64,000 bases of DNA. Origin: Methanomassiliicoccaceae archaeon (lineage in GTDB: Archaea > Thermoplasmatota > Thermoplasmata > Methanomassiliicoccales > Methanomassiliicoccaceae). The notes under the pieces are model-generated. The model saw only the letters and a list, made by a program, of their open reading frames with translations. It was not told the origin of the DNA and did no database searches. Shown here piece by piece: positions 49,554 to 59,116 of this stretch. Position numbers and translations under genes: made by a program. Every line of letters starts with the position of its first letter. The first letter of the stretch is position 1. The stretch covers positions 995,393 through 1,059,392 of the forward strand of contig JAXGZN010000002.1 of NCBI GenBank assembly GCA_040776945.1. The letters are read 5' to 3'.

Positions 49554-50189
49554 ATGGTCTTCATCGAGCCGGGGACCTATCTTATCAAGGACCTGATCTC
49601 ATCCATAGGCTATCTGGGCCTGGCCGCGCTGATGGCGCTCGACGCCACGATACTTCCGGTGCCGAGCGCGGTGGTGATGGGGTTCGCCGGATATCTGAGC
49701 TACGAGGGAAGGTTCGATATATCCCTGGTCACTCTGGTCGGCTGCCTCGGCAGCACCTTCGGCTCGCTGCTGATGTATGCCATGGGCCGGTACGGCGGAC
49801 GGCCCTTCCTCGACCGGTTCGGAAGGTACATGGGCCTGGGGGAGAAGCGCATACTCTCCGCGGACAGGTGGTTCGCCAAGTACGGCAGCTGGGCTGTCCT
49901 CATCAGCCAGCTGCTGCCGGTTGCCAGGGACCTCATCCCCTTTCCCGCCGGGATCGTCCGCATGGGCGCGCTCAAGTTCACCGCTCTCTCCTTCCTCGGC
50001 TCCGTCCCCTTCTGCTTGGCCCTCGCTGCCCTGGGGTTCCTGGCCGGGCCGTCCTGGGAGTCCGCGGTGGAGGTCGCCGACGCTTACGACATGATCTTAC
50101 TGGCCGCGGTGATGGTCCCTCTGATCGCGTACTGGGCCCTGCGCAAGCTCCTGCTCGCCAGGAGCGGGTACCGCGCGGAGCGGGAATGA
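49554..50189 (+). CDS. DedA family membrane protein
   Basis: LPVPS..VMGFAG, MGRYGGR, WFAKYG, FPAG; start ATG 49554. Confidence 0.88.
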   Translation: MVFIEPGTYLIKDLISSIGYLGLAALMALDATILPVPSAVVMGFAGYLSYEGRFDISLVTLVGCLGSTFGSLLMYAMGRYGGRPFLDRFGRYMGLGEKRILSADRWFAKYGSWAVLISQLLPVARDLIPFPAGIVRMGALKFTALSFLGSVPFCLALAALGFLAGPSWESAVEVADAYDMILLAAVMVPLIAYWALRKLLLARSGYRAERE

Positions 50190-50237
50190 GCACGCGCTCC
50201 AACGAGGGCGGCGGGAACGCAGGTCTCGTTCGATCGG

Positions 50238-51683
50238 TCACGGGACGAACTTGAAGTTGCTGAACTGCCACATGTCATCATCGTAACGGCTCGCGGGATT
50301 CTCCTTGAAGTACACCTTTCGGTCCCTCAGGGGGGTCCAGTCTGACGGCCCCGATACGAAATTTCCGAGATAGGGCCTTGATGTCCGGAGCACTTGGTCG
50401 TGCGGCAGGTCCTCGGGCGAGCACAGCCCCTCCCGGGGGTTCTCGATCATCCACATGACCGCGGCCACGACCCCTATGGCCACCTGCACGGTGGTCGCGT
50501 TCTGGCCCGGCGCCAGCTTCCTGGCCTCCTCGATGGAGAGCGTGCTTCCGCACCACCAGGAGCCGTACCCGTGGCCCATGACCAGCGCGCCCAGGATGTC
50601 CGCTCCCGAGACGATGTCCTCTTCCTTGAGTATCCTCAGCCTCGGCTGCATCTCATAGTTCCTGCACCTGAGCTCGTGCAGCGAGACCAGGGTGTCATTG
50701 CACGGCATGTAGGCGTAGTTCACCGTCGGCCGGTAGACCGGCTCGCCGTTCCTCCGCACGGTGAGCCTCTCCGACAGCCCGAAGGCCTCCCCGTGCCGTA
50801 TGGCCATGCCCACTATCTCGCAGTCCGGGACCCATGAACGGACCCACGTGTTCATGCCCATCTGGGCGAGCATGATCTGGTTCTTCGGCCCGTAGGCGGG
50901 GACGTGGGCCAGCGGAGGAAGTTCCTTCTCGTGGGTCCCCCATCCCAGCTCCGCCGGGGCGGTCCCCTCCTCCCGAAGCCCCTCTATGCTCCAGGTCCCG
51001 ACGAACTCGTCGACCTTCTTGGGGTCGCTGGTAACCTGGGTGTCCCTCTCCGAGCAGTGGATGACCTTGACCTCCAGCTCCATCGCCAGCTCCGCGAAGC
51101 TGCCCCTTTTCGCAAGGTCCTTCAGGCGTTCGGCCCTCTCCCCGACGGCCTTCCCTTCGGCGATCGTCCTCTCCGATATGTCCACCAGGGCCTGCTTCAC
51201 GAAGTGCGAGATCAGCCCGGGGTTCGCTCCGTGCTCGATGACCGCCGTCGCTCCGCCGTCCCACCGTTCGGACATGCTCTTCAGGCGCATCTGCCGGGCG
51301 TAGAGGGACTTCTCGAAGGGGTCCTGGGACCCCACGTCCGATATCGAATCCCATACCTCCAGGGAGGTGTTCAGGTACAGGACGTCGTGGTCATGGCACC
51401 AGCCGATGATGGCGTTCGCGTCGATGTTCCACGCCAGGTCGATGAGCAGCCCTCCGGGGGAAAGATGCTCGGAGAGCACGGCATCGATGTTCTCCGGAGC
51501 GATCCTCTGCCGGCAATACTTGATGCCCCTGCTCGTCCACTCCCTGAGAGCGGAGACCTTGTCCTCGAAGTCGATGATGGTGATGTTCTCGAGCGGGACC
51601 TCGACATGCTTCAGCAGCAGCGGCAGCACGCAGCGGGCCACGGAGCCGTAGCCGACTATCAGGACCTGGTTGTCGAACCTCAT
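50238..51683 (-). CDS. hss: Homospermidine synthase
   Basis: GYGSVA, HGANPGLISHF, TWSIEG, IRHGEA, YRPTVNYAY, QNATTVQV. Confidence 0.88.
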   Translation of the reverse strand: MRFDNQVLIVGYGSVARCVLPLLLKHVEVPLENITIIDFEDKVSALREWTSRGIKYCRQRIAPENIDAVLSEHLSPGGLLIDLAWNIDANAIIGWCHDHDVLYLNTSLEVWDSISDVGSQDPFEKSLYARQMRLKSMSERWDGGATAVIEHGANPGLISHFVKQALVDISERTIAEGKAVGERAERLKDLAKRGSFAELAMELEVKVIHCSERDTQVTSDPKKVDEFVGTWSIEGLREEGTAPAELGWGTHEKELPPLAHVPAYGPKNQIMLAQMGMNTWVRSWVPDCEIVGMAIRHGEAFGLSERLTVRRNGEPVYRPTVNYAYMPCNDTLVSLHELRCRNYEMQPRLRILKEEDIVSGADILGALVMGHGYGSWWCGSTLSIEEARKLAPGQNATTVQVAIGVVAAVMWMIENPREGLCSPEDLPHDQVLRTSRPYLGNFVSGPSDWTPLRDRKVYFKENPASRYDDDMWQFSNFKFVP

Positions 51684-51928
51684 GAGGAAGGATCCTCTGT
51701 TATCTTGCGGCCAGGTAGAGATCTTTCATAAAAATAGTTACCTTCCTGCGGACCGGTGCTCGAGGGTGAGCGCCGAATCGTCATCCATCCTGCTTCCGTG
51801 AGAGAGCGCGAACCGGTGATGGGGGGGCCGCGGGGCGTTCATCTGGCCGGGCCCGTGCCCCATAAAGCTATCCCAAGGAGGTAACGGGAACCTCAGCAGG
51901 GCCGGTCCTTCCGAAGGAGGTCCGCTGT

Positions 51929-52348
51929 CTAAAATTTCGAGCGGTACGGCACCGTCTCGATGTATCTGGTCAATCCCGCGATCTCGTTGGGCACGTCGAT
52001 GTCGGCCTCGGCGATCGTCCTGTTCCTGGCGATCCAGCTCTTGGACCTCCGGTCCCACTCGAGGCCAAGGCTGCGCAGGCGCCCCTTGATAGGCCGGGTG
52101 TTGCCGCTGATGATTGTGTCGTTGCCGCTGCGGGTGATGGTCACCGAACCGAGCAGGGAGGGGTACTTTGACCTCTCCTTTCTCAGAAGTTCGTCCATTC
52201 TCGCCTTTGCACCGGGATCGCTCATGTCGGCGGGGCCGATCCTCGACTCGATCCATCGGTGAAGGCGCTGGTAACTGGGGCTCGGTCTGACCGCTCCTCC
52301 CTGGCCGTTGGAACGATGCTTGCCGAACAGATCTCCGAAGAACCCCAT
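51929..52348 (-). CDS. Hypothetical protein with DUF5710-like motif
   Basis: ISGNTRPIKGRLRSLGLEWDRRSKSW; ATG 52348. Confidence 0.6.
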   Translation of the reverse strand: MGFFGDLFGKHRSNGQGGAVRPSPSYQRLHRWIESRIGPADMSDPGAKARMDELLRKERSKYPSLLGSVTITRSGNDTIISGNTRPIKGRLRSLGLEWDRRSKSWIARNRTIAEADIDVPNEIAGLTRYIETVPYRSKF

Positions 52349-52515
52349 GGTGATCACTGTTGGATGAAAGAGAGGGCGGAGAACCACTCCCGTTCAACCG
52401 CCCAGGGTAGTACGCTGGACGAATGTCCTCATCATCTCCCCGAAGGGATCATGCGGAGTGCGAACAAGTAAACGCTCTAGGAAAATAAAAAGATAACCTT
52501 ACAGAGAGAGGGCGG

Positions 52516-53820
52516 TCAAATGCGGACCATGGCGTCCACGAGCTTGAACTCACCGCTCCCGTGCATGAGAGGATGGTCCAACGGAGCGATCCCATGCTTT
52601 CTGAGGAAAGCAGCATGCCCCCGGCTGGCGAAATTGCGCGCCCGCCGGTCCGGAGGGCACTCGATGCAGGAGACGAACCGCGCGGGCGGCTCAAGTTCCC
52701 GCATGTCCCGGTCCACGAGCGGCCCCATCCTCAGGGAGACGCGGTCGTAGTTCCTGAGCTGTCCGGCGGAGGGGGAGCGCACCGAGTCCAGTATCTTCTG
52801 GTATCTGTTCCTCTGGACCGTCTTCAGGCAGATCGCCTGGTATGACCTCGGCAGCTCGAAGATGTAGATGTCCGTAAGGTCGAGATCGCTCTGGGCCCGC
52901 TCCAGCCTCTCGATCGCGCTTTCCAAGGGGCCCTTCGGCAGCGACAGCAGAACGGCGTGGCGCCCCTTCGTCCCCAGGACCGAGCTGGTGATGAAGGTCG
53001 TGAACCCGTACTCGCTGTCGTCCTTTGGGGCCTCGTTCCCCGCCGCCCTCTTCCCTTTGGCCGGCAGCCTCCAAGTGAACCTGGGGACCCTCCTACGACC
53101 TTCCAGCCCGGGGATGTCGTCGATCCAATCGGCCACCGGAGAGCGCAGACGGTCCTCCGGCACCACCTGGCAGCAGTACCCGGTCTTCGAGTTAACGGTC
53201 CCCGGGAGGCGGATGATCCTCCTCGTGTCCACCGTTACCGAAGCATCGATCCTGATGCCCATGCCCGTGACCGCATCCGCTATCGCCTTCCTGCGCCGGA
53301 TGATGGCCTTCTCCCTTTCCCGCATGTCCGGCTCGATCTCGCTGACGGCGTCCGCGAAGACCAGGTGGAAGCCCTTGCTGCCGCTGAAGGCGGCGTACTT
53401 GAGATCGTGCCCTTGGGCGGACATGGCGTCCAGGAGCGCCACCGCGTCCTTCCTGGCCCGCTCCAGGTTGAGCAGGGAGAGAGGCTTCCGGTCCAGGTCG
53501 AACGATAGGTCGTTGTGAAGAATGATGTTTCCCGGTCCCCAGTGGTCCGTCGCCTTCTTCGGCCTCGGCGCCACCAGGGTCGGGTTCAGGTACGTGGAGG
53601 TCGAATAGTACACGTCCAGCGGACGCAGCTTGATGAGCCGTTCCTGCAGGTCCTCGGGTGAGCGGATTATGTCCTTGACCTTGTGGAAACGTCCGTTGGG
53701 CAGGAGGAGCCTGAAGTGCCTCCGGTTGACATCGGTGATGGGGCCGAGATCGGGCGGGTTACTCCGATAGAAGTCGCTGAGCCGGCCGGCGAGGTCGTCC
53801 TGTTCCATCCTGCGGAGCAT
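52516..53820 (-). CDS. PriS-like archaeo-eukaryotic primase-polymerase (AEP) with extra C-terminal domain
   Basis: DVYYSTSTY, motif I DLSFDLD, motif II FSGSKGFH, motif III IDASVTVDTRRIIRLPGTVNSKTG; about 170-aa extra C-terminal domain. Confidence 0.85.
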   Translation of the reverse strand: MLRRMEQDDLAGRLSDFYRSNPPDLGPITDVNRRHFRLLLPNGRFHKVKDIIRSPEDLQERLIKLRPLDVYYSTSTYLNPTLVAPRPKKATDHWGPGNIILHNDLSFDLDRKPLSLLNLERARKDAVALLDAMSAQGHDLKYAAFSGSKGFHLVFADAVSEIEPDMREREKAIIRRRKAIADAVTGMGIRIDASVTVDTRRIIRLPGTVNSKTGYCCQVVPEDRLRSPVADWIDDIPGLEGRRRVPRFTWRLPAKGKRAAGNEAPKDDSEYGFTTFITSSVLGTKGRHAVLLSLPKGPLESAIERLERAQSDLDLTDIYIFELPRSYQAICLKTVQRNRYQKILDSVRSPSAGQLRNYDRVSLRMGPLVDRDMRELEPPARFVSCIECPPDRRARNFASRGHAAFLRKHGIAPLDHPLMHGSGEFKLVDAMVRI

Positions 53821-53924
53821 AGAGCGGCGGTTATTAATTTGGTTGCGTTGCCGGCCTTCCCTCCCGTCCCCACGGCGATGGGCGGCCGCACCCGGCGGGG
53901 ATAGGATAATGCTTCCGCCGGCCG

Positions 53925-54752
53925 ATGGCCCTGGTCATGAGTGGGAAGGAGGAGCACCGGGAGCGGCTCGAGCAGCTGCTGACCGGCCATATCGAGCGCT
54001 TGGAGACCGAGTGGCTGAAGGAGCACCTTGCCTCCAGGTCCGACCTTCCGGGACCGCGGGGGAACATCGAGCTGGCGGCCGCCTTCGCGGACCTCGCCGC
54101 GGAGCTCTCCGCCGAGCGCGGGGAGGAGATGTGGTCGCTCGCCGTCGCGCTGTCGGGCGTGACCGCGGAGGAGGCCCCGGTGAACGATCCACGGGAGATC
54201 ATCGCCTTCACGGGAGCTGTCGCCGTAGGGAGCATCGGCGCCGCCCGGAGCGATAGGTCCGCGGATGCTTTCCTGCGGCTCAGGGAGATGTCGAGGGATC
54301 CGAGGTGGAGGACCAGGGAGGGCGTGGCCATGGGGCTCCAGCGGCTGCTGGCTGCGGACATGGCCGCCGGCCTGGCCGAGCTGGGGAAATGGATCTCGGG
54401 CGAGGATTGGCTGGCCATGAGGGCGGTGGCGGCAGGCGTGGCCGAGCCTCCCCTGCTTATCGACCAGCGCGCCGCCCTGGGGGCGCTCGATCTACACAAG
54501 AGAATCATCGACCGCGTCCTCGCGTCCGGCGACCGGACCTCGGAAAGCTTCAGAACGCTCAGGAAGGGGCTCGGATACTCGTTCAGCGTGGTCGTCGGAG
54601 CATGTCCGGAAGATGGTTTCGTCTACCTTGAGGAGCTCGCTGCCACCTCTGACAAGGACGTCCGCTGGATCGTGAGAGAGAACCTCAAGAAGAAGCGGCT
54701 CGCAGGACGGTTCCCCCGCGAGGTGGAGCGTGTCCTGGCCCTGATGGCCTGA
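53925..54752 (+). CDS. HEAT-repeat protein (AlkD/DNA alkylation repair-like)
   Basis: SDLPGPRGNIEL, DPRWRTREGVAMGLQ, DKDVRWIVRENLKK helical repeats. Confidence 0.7.
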   Translation: MALVMSGKEEHRERLEQLLTGHIERLETEWLKEHLASRSDLPGPRGNIELAAAFADLAAELSAERGEEMWSLAVALSGVTAEEAPVNDPREIIAFTGAVAVGSIGAARSDRSADAFLRLREMSRDPRWRTREGVAMGLQRLLAADMAAGLAELGKWISGEDWLAMRAVAAGVAEPPLLIDQRAALGALDLHKRIIDRVLASGDRTSESFRTLRKGLGYSFSVVVGACPEDGFVYLEELAATSDKDVRWIVRENLKKKRLAGRFPREVERVLALMA

Positions 54753-54802
54753 CCGTCCTGGCCCTCACGCGGTGGCGATGGCCGCCCGCCGGCGAGGCGG
54801 GA

Positions 54803-56452
54803 TCACTCGCACTGGCAGCTCTCGATCTGAGCCTCCACCAGGCTGCCCCCGCAGTACTTCTCCCGAAGACGTGGCTTCTCGATCTTTCCCGTGGGGTTGC
54901 GCGGCACCTTGTCGAAGATGATCCTCCGGGGGCGCTTGTACCGGGGCAGCGCGCTGCAGAACTGCAGCATCTCCGCTTCAGTATCGGTCCTGCCCGGCTT
55001 CAGCTCTATGATCGCCGCGGCGATCTCGCCAAGGCGGTGGTCCGGGAGACCTATCACGGCTACGTCCTTGATCCCGTCGTGCGTCCGGAGGAAGTCCTCT
55101 ATCTGCACGGGGTACAGGTTCTCGCCTCCGGTGATGATCACGTCCTTCTTGCGGTCCACCAGGAACACGAAGCCGTCCTCGTCCATCTTGGCCATGTCCC
55201 CTGTGAACAGCCAGCCGTCCTTGAGCACCTCATCGGTAGCCCCCGGGTTGTTGTAATAGCACTTCATCACGCCCGGCCCCTTGACACAGAGCTCCCCTAC
55301 CTCGCCCTGCCTCACGGGATCGCCGCTCTCGTCGACTATCCGCAGCTCCCAGCCATGGCCGGCCTTGCCGATGGCCCCGACCTTGTGAATGTTCTCGATG
55401 CCCAGGTGCACGCACCCCGGCCCGATGGACTCCGAGAGCCCGTAGTTGGTGTCGTACTCGTGGTGGGGGAAGACCTTCTTCCAGCGCCGGATGAGGCTGG
55501 GCGGCACCGGCTGGGCCCCGATGTGCATGAGCCTCCACTGATCGAGCTTGAGCCCTTCCAGGTCCACCTCGCCGCTCTCGATGGCATCCAATATGTCCTG
55601 CGCCCATGGCACCAGCAGCCACACGATGGTCACCTGCTCGTCCGATATGGTCCTCATGATCCATTCCGGCCTGACACCGCGCAGGAGGACCGCCTTGCTA
55701 CCGGCCAGGAAGCTCCCGAACCAGTGCATCTTCGCCCCGGTGTGGTAGAGGGGGGGAATGCACAGGAAGTTGTCGCCCCGGGCCTGCTTGTGGTGGACCA
55801 TCTCCACCTCGCATGATGCCATCAGGGCCCGGTGCGAATGGAGGATGGCCTTCGGGAAACCCGTGGTGCCCGAGGAGAAATAGATCGCGGCGTTGTCATC
55901 ATCCGATATAGGGACCTTAGGCGGGGTCGAGGAGCAGCAGGCGGTGAGCGCATAGTAGCTCTCCGCGAACGCCGGGCGGCCGTGCCCCAGGAACAGCCGC
56001 ATCTTGACCTTCGGGATCTTGTCCTTTATGGCGTCCACTCTCCCGGTGAACTCTGGTCCGAAGATCAGGACATCGCAATCGGCAAGGTCCAAACAGTACT
56101 TGATCTCGTCCTCGGTGTATCGATAGTTCAGAGGAACGGCGATGGCGCCGGTCTTCAGGACCCCAAAGTAGATGGGGAGCCATTCCAGGCAGTTCATGAG
56201 GAGGATCCCCACCTTGTGGCCTTTCTCCAGCCCTCTCTCCCGCAACAGGTTCGCCAGGCGGTTGGCCTTGTCGTCGAACTCCCGCCACGTCATCTCCCGT
56301 CGGTACTTCCTCTCGGGGTTGGTCTCCACGAGCTCGTAGTCCTTCCAGCTCCTGCGGACGTCCGGTATGTCGGGGTTGATCTCGACCAGACTGACCTCGT
56401 CGGCGTACAGGGCGGCGTTTCGCTCCAATATCTCAGTGATCGGCATTGTCAC
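54803..56452 (-). CDS. AMP-binding acyl-CoA synthetase family protein
   Basis: YFSSGTTGFPK, NYGLSE, TGD, DRKKDVIITGGEN, GKIEK. Confidence 0.93.
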   Translation of the reverse strand: MTMPITEILERNAALYADEVSLVEINPDIPDVRRSWKDYELVETNPERKYRREMTWREFDDKANRLANLLRERGLEKGHKVGILLMNCLEWLPIYFGVLKTGAIAVPLNYRYTEDEIKYCLDLADCDVLIFGPEFTGRVDAIKDKIPKVKMRLFLGHGRPAFAESYYALTACCSSTPPKVPISDDDNAAIYFSSGTTGFPKAILHSHRALMASCEVEMVHHKQARGDNFLCIPPLYHTGAKMHWFGSFLAGSKAVLLRGVRPEWIMRTISDEQVTIVWLLVPWAQDILDAIESGEVDLEGLKLDQWRLMHIGAQPVPPSLIRRWKKVFPHHEYDTNYGLSESIGPGCVHLGIENIHKVGAIGKAGHGWELRIVDESGDPVRQGEVGELCVKGPGVMKCYYNNPGATDEVLKDGWLFTGDMAKMDEDGFVFLVDRKKDVIITGGENLYPVQIEDFLRTHDGIKDVAVIGLPDHRLGEIAAAIIELKPGRTDTEAEMLQFCSALPRYKRPRRIIFDKVPRNPTGKIEKPRLREKYCGGSLVEAQIESCQCE

Positions 56453-56677
56453 TACACCTGATTTCGGGCGAGCGTGTTAAGCTCTGACACGCCCGTGTAA
56501 TACATCAGGAATCCTTATCCTTTTGGTCTAGCCGCGCGAGCTCGGGCATGAGTTCCGGAGGTCCGGAGGAGCGGGGGCCGGGCTCTCTGCCGTAAGGCCG
56601 CTGTTGGGGGCCTAGCCCATCGCTGTCGGCCACCTCCCCTCGCGAACCGGGTCAAGGACGTGGCTCTCTGCTCGACC

Positions 56678-56931
56678 ATGAGCGATGATCCTGATGTCAT
56701 TAAGAAGCACGCTTGCCCCGCCTGCGGGGCCGAGGAGATGATGCGGTTCCACCATCGGGGGGAAGGATGGAAGCATCGTGCGCGCGATGCGGAGCGGCCG
56801 TACGCTGGTGGGGAGAGGAGAGCGAAAGCGGTAACTGCTTGCGGGGCGCGAACGAAAAGCGCTCGGACTGGTCGCGCCCAGCCCGGCGAGAGGAGCTGTT
56901 GGCAGAGAGCGAGGCGTGGGACCTCGGCTGA
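56678..56931 (+). pseudogene. Zinc-ribbon protein split by a frameshift at a G6 run
   Basis: CPAC in one frame and CARC in the next; one extra G at 56757-56762 joins them. Confidence 0.55.
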
Positions 56932-56979
56932 TGCCTCCTGTTGGCGGACGGGCCGGGAACCGCCGCTCTCCGCTCCGAG

Positions 56980-57222
56980 CTACTTCTTCCTGACGTCCGG
57001 CGGCGCTCTCGTTCCCTTGAGCTCCACGCCCGTCTCATCGCGTATCCGGAGCCTGAGGTCCTTCAGTGCGAGGAGCCGCCCCTGGCGGGCAGCGATCATC
57101 TGGCGTATCGATTCGTTGTAGGAATCCGGCCTCTGGCCGAGCTCCTCCATCTCCTTCCTGACCTTGTCCTCGGCCTCGCTCATCCACTTTGCCAGATTAT
57201 CGTAGGTGAGCTGCTGCTTCAT
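56980..57222 (-). CDS. Hypothetical helical protein, 80 aa
   Basis: GAGGAGG directly before ATG 57222; MKQQLTYDNLAKWM... Confidence 0.7.
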   Translation of the reverse strand: MKQQLTYDNLAKWMSEAEDKVRKEMEELGQRPDSYNESIRQMIAARQGRLLALKDLRLRIRDETGVELKGTRAPPDVRKK

Positions 57223-57389
57223 CCTCCTCGCATCATACTGGATGACGCAGCTATTAATGGGCTGGGGTCGGACGGCCCCGCGGCAATGATGCGCGCTTCC
57301 CGGGAAGGTCCCGTTGCTGCATGCCCGAAAAAGTACCGGGGCGTTGGCGGGACCTCTCGCGGCTCGCACCATCGGCGGGGCACCAGAGC

Positions 57390-57575
57390 CTATCTCTTGA
57401 TGACCCATCTGGCGCTCCCGGACGGCGCCATTTCGAACTTGGCCGATCTCCCGCAGTGACCGCAGACCGCTATCGCCTGGACCTCATTGAAAGCGAACGT
57501 GATCTTCTGGGGATGGCCGCAATGAGGGCAGAAGACCATCCTGGAAGTGTCCTCGTGTGGTCTGAGTATGGGCAT
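57390..57575 (-). CDS. Small zinc-ribbon protein, 61 aa
   Basis: CPHC...CGHC; AGGTGG upstream. Confidence 0.7.
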   Translation of the reverse strand: MPILRPHEDTSRMVFCPHCGHPQKITFAFNEVQAIAVCGHCGRSAKFEMAPSGSARWVIKR

Positions 57576-57717
57576 GGGCCACCTGCAAGAACGATGGTAG
57601 TAAAAAAGGTTATGGGAGGGCGCTGAAAGCCCGGCGTTGCCATGTTCCGTGAGCGATGTGGCGCCATGGTCAAGGCGACAAACATTATCTGAGGCGATGC
57701 GTTCTGACGCTCCGCTC

Positions 57718-58224
57718 ATGAGCGCCGAACAAGTGACCGGGACCGATGGCTTCATCATAAGGCAGGCGGAGGAGCGGGACGTGCCGCTAATACTGAGCTT
57801 CATAAGGCGATTGGCCGAGCACGAGGGCCTCCTGTCTGAAGTGGCCGCTACCGAGGACGTGCTCCATGACTCGCTGTTCGTAAGGCGCCAGGCCGAGGTG
57901 CTCATCGGGGAGCTCCATGGGGCGCCGGTCGCGTTCGCTCTTTTCTTTCACAACTTCTCGACGTTCCTGGGCAAGGCGAACCTATACCTGGAGGACCTGT
58001 TCGTCGATGAGGCCTGGCGGGGCCGCGGTCTGGGCCGGGCCATGATCGCCTGCTTGGCCAGGATCGCCGTGGAGCGGGGCTGCGAACGCCTCGACTGGTG
58101 GTGCCTGGACTGGAACGAGCCGTCCATCGCGTTCTACCTCCGCATGGGCGCCCGGCCGATGAAAGATTGGACGGTGTACCGGATCGACGGCGATGCCCTC
58201 ATGCGCCTGGCCGGGTCGCTCTAG
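57718..58224 (+). CDS. GNAT N-acetyltransferase (diamine/SSAT-like)
   Basis: FFHNFSTFLGK..LYLEDLFV, RGRGLG, LDWNEPSIAFY. Confidence 0.9.
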   Translation: MSAEQVTGTDGFIIRQAEERDVPLILSFIRRLAEHEGLLSEVAATEDVLHDSLFVRRQAEVLIGELHGAPVAFALFFHNFSTFLGKANLYLEDLFVDEAWRGRGLGRAMIACLARIAVERGCERLDWWCLDWNEPSIAFYLRMGARPMKDWTVYRIDGDALMRLAGSL

Positions 58225-58607
58225 CTCTCGAATGGTTAGCTCCGCGGACACGGTATGGAGGAGAGCATCGAAAGAAGCGAGCGGCGCAATGGTCGGCTCT
58301 CGCGTTCCGGCGCGCCCGTGCCGGGGAGGGCGAGGCGGAGCGCCGTTGCTTCGCCAACCTCGATCCTGACCGGTCGGGGCCGCCAGGCCTCTCCATGGCC
58401 TTATTGCGGATCTGCAGAGAGGTTCCGGCGCGATCGTCCCGGGCGCGCGGCCGCCGGGACACGGTGGGCCGCTCGTCAACGTCCATGGTTAATGCCGTCG
58501 TCCCCGGCCAAGGGCGTGAGCTCGCTGCCTTCCTCGAGGTCGATCTCACGGAAAAAAGCAGTCGGACCTTATGTACGGATAAATAAAACGAAGCCGATGC
58601 ACTCACC

Positions 58608-59039
58608 ATGAAGGAGATCAAGGGAAGCGTGATGATCATGGTCCCGGCCGACAAGGTCTGGGCAAAGATGATGGATTTCTCATCTTATCCTAAGTGGAAC
58701 CCCTGGATCACGGGGATGAGGGGCGAGATGGGGGTCGGCAGCCTCTGTGAGATGACCGTCCAGCAGCCTGGAAAGGGCGTGACCGATCTCAAAGCAACGG
58801 TGGCGAGGATCGAAGAGGGAAAGGAGATCCTCTTGAAGAGCAAGCTCATGGGAGGCCTCGTTAAGGAGGAGCATGTCCTCTCGGTGGAGCCGATTGACGC
58901 GGGCAGGTCCATCTTCTTCCAGAGCATGAGGTTCTCCGGACCGATGGCTGGCCTCATCGGTGGGACCATCAAGGCATCGCAGAAGGGGCTGGGCGACATG
59001 AACGCGGCCCTGAAGAAGCTATGCGAGGAAGGAGGATAG
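58608..59039 (+). CDS. SRPBCC/START domain protein
   Basis: PADKVWAKMMDFSSYPKWNP...MNAALKKLCE. Confidence 0.85.
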   Translation: MKEIKGSVMIMVPADKVWAKMMDFSSYPKWNPWITGMRGEMGVGSLCEMTVQQPGKGVTDLKATVARIEEGKEILLKSKLMGGLVKEEHVLSVEPIDAGRSIFFQSMRFSGPMAGLIGGTIKASQKGLGDMNAALKKLCEEGG

Positions 59040-59116
59040 TTCGCATCGTTCCGGAGCTTCGCCCATCCCGTTTTATTGCCGGGTATGGGTTAAGTGGCCC
59101 GTTTGGACTATCGGGG

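Noticed and set aside
52516-53010. PriS-PriL fusion of the nanoarchaeal type
   Set aside because: The C-terminal domain has only three Cys and no PriL Fe-S pattern
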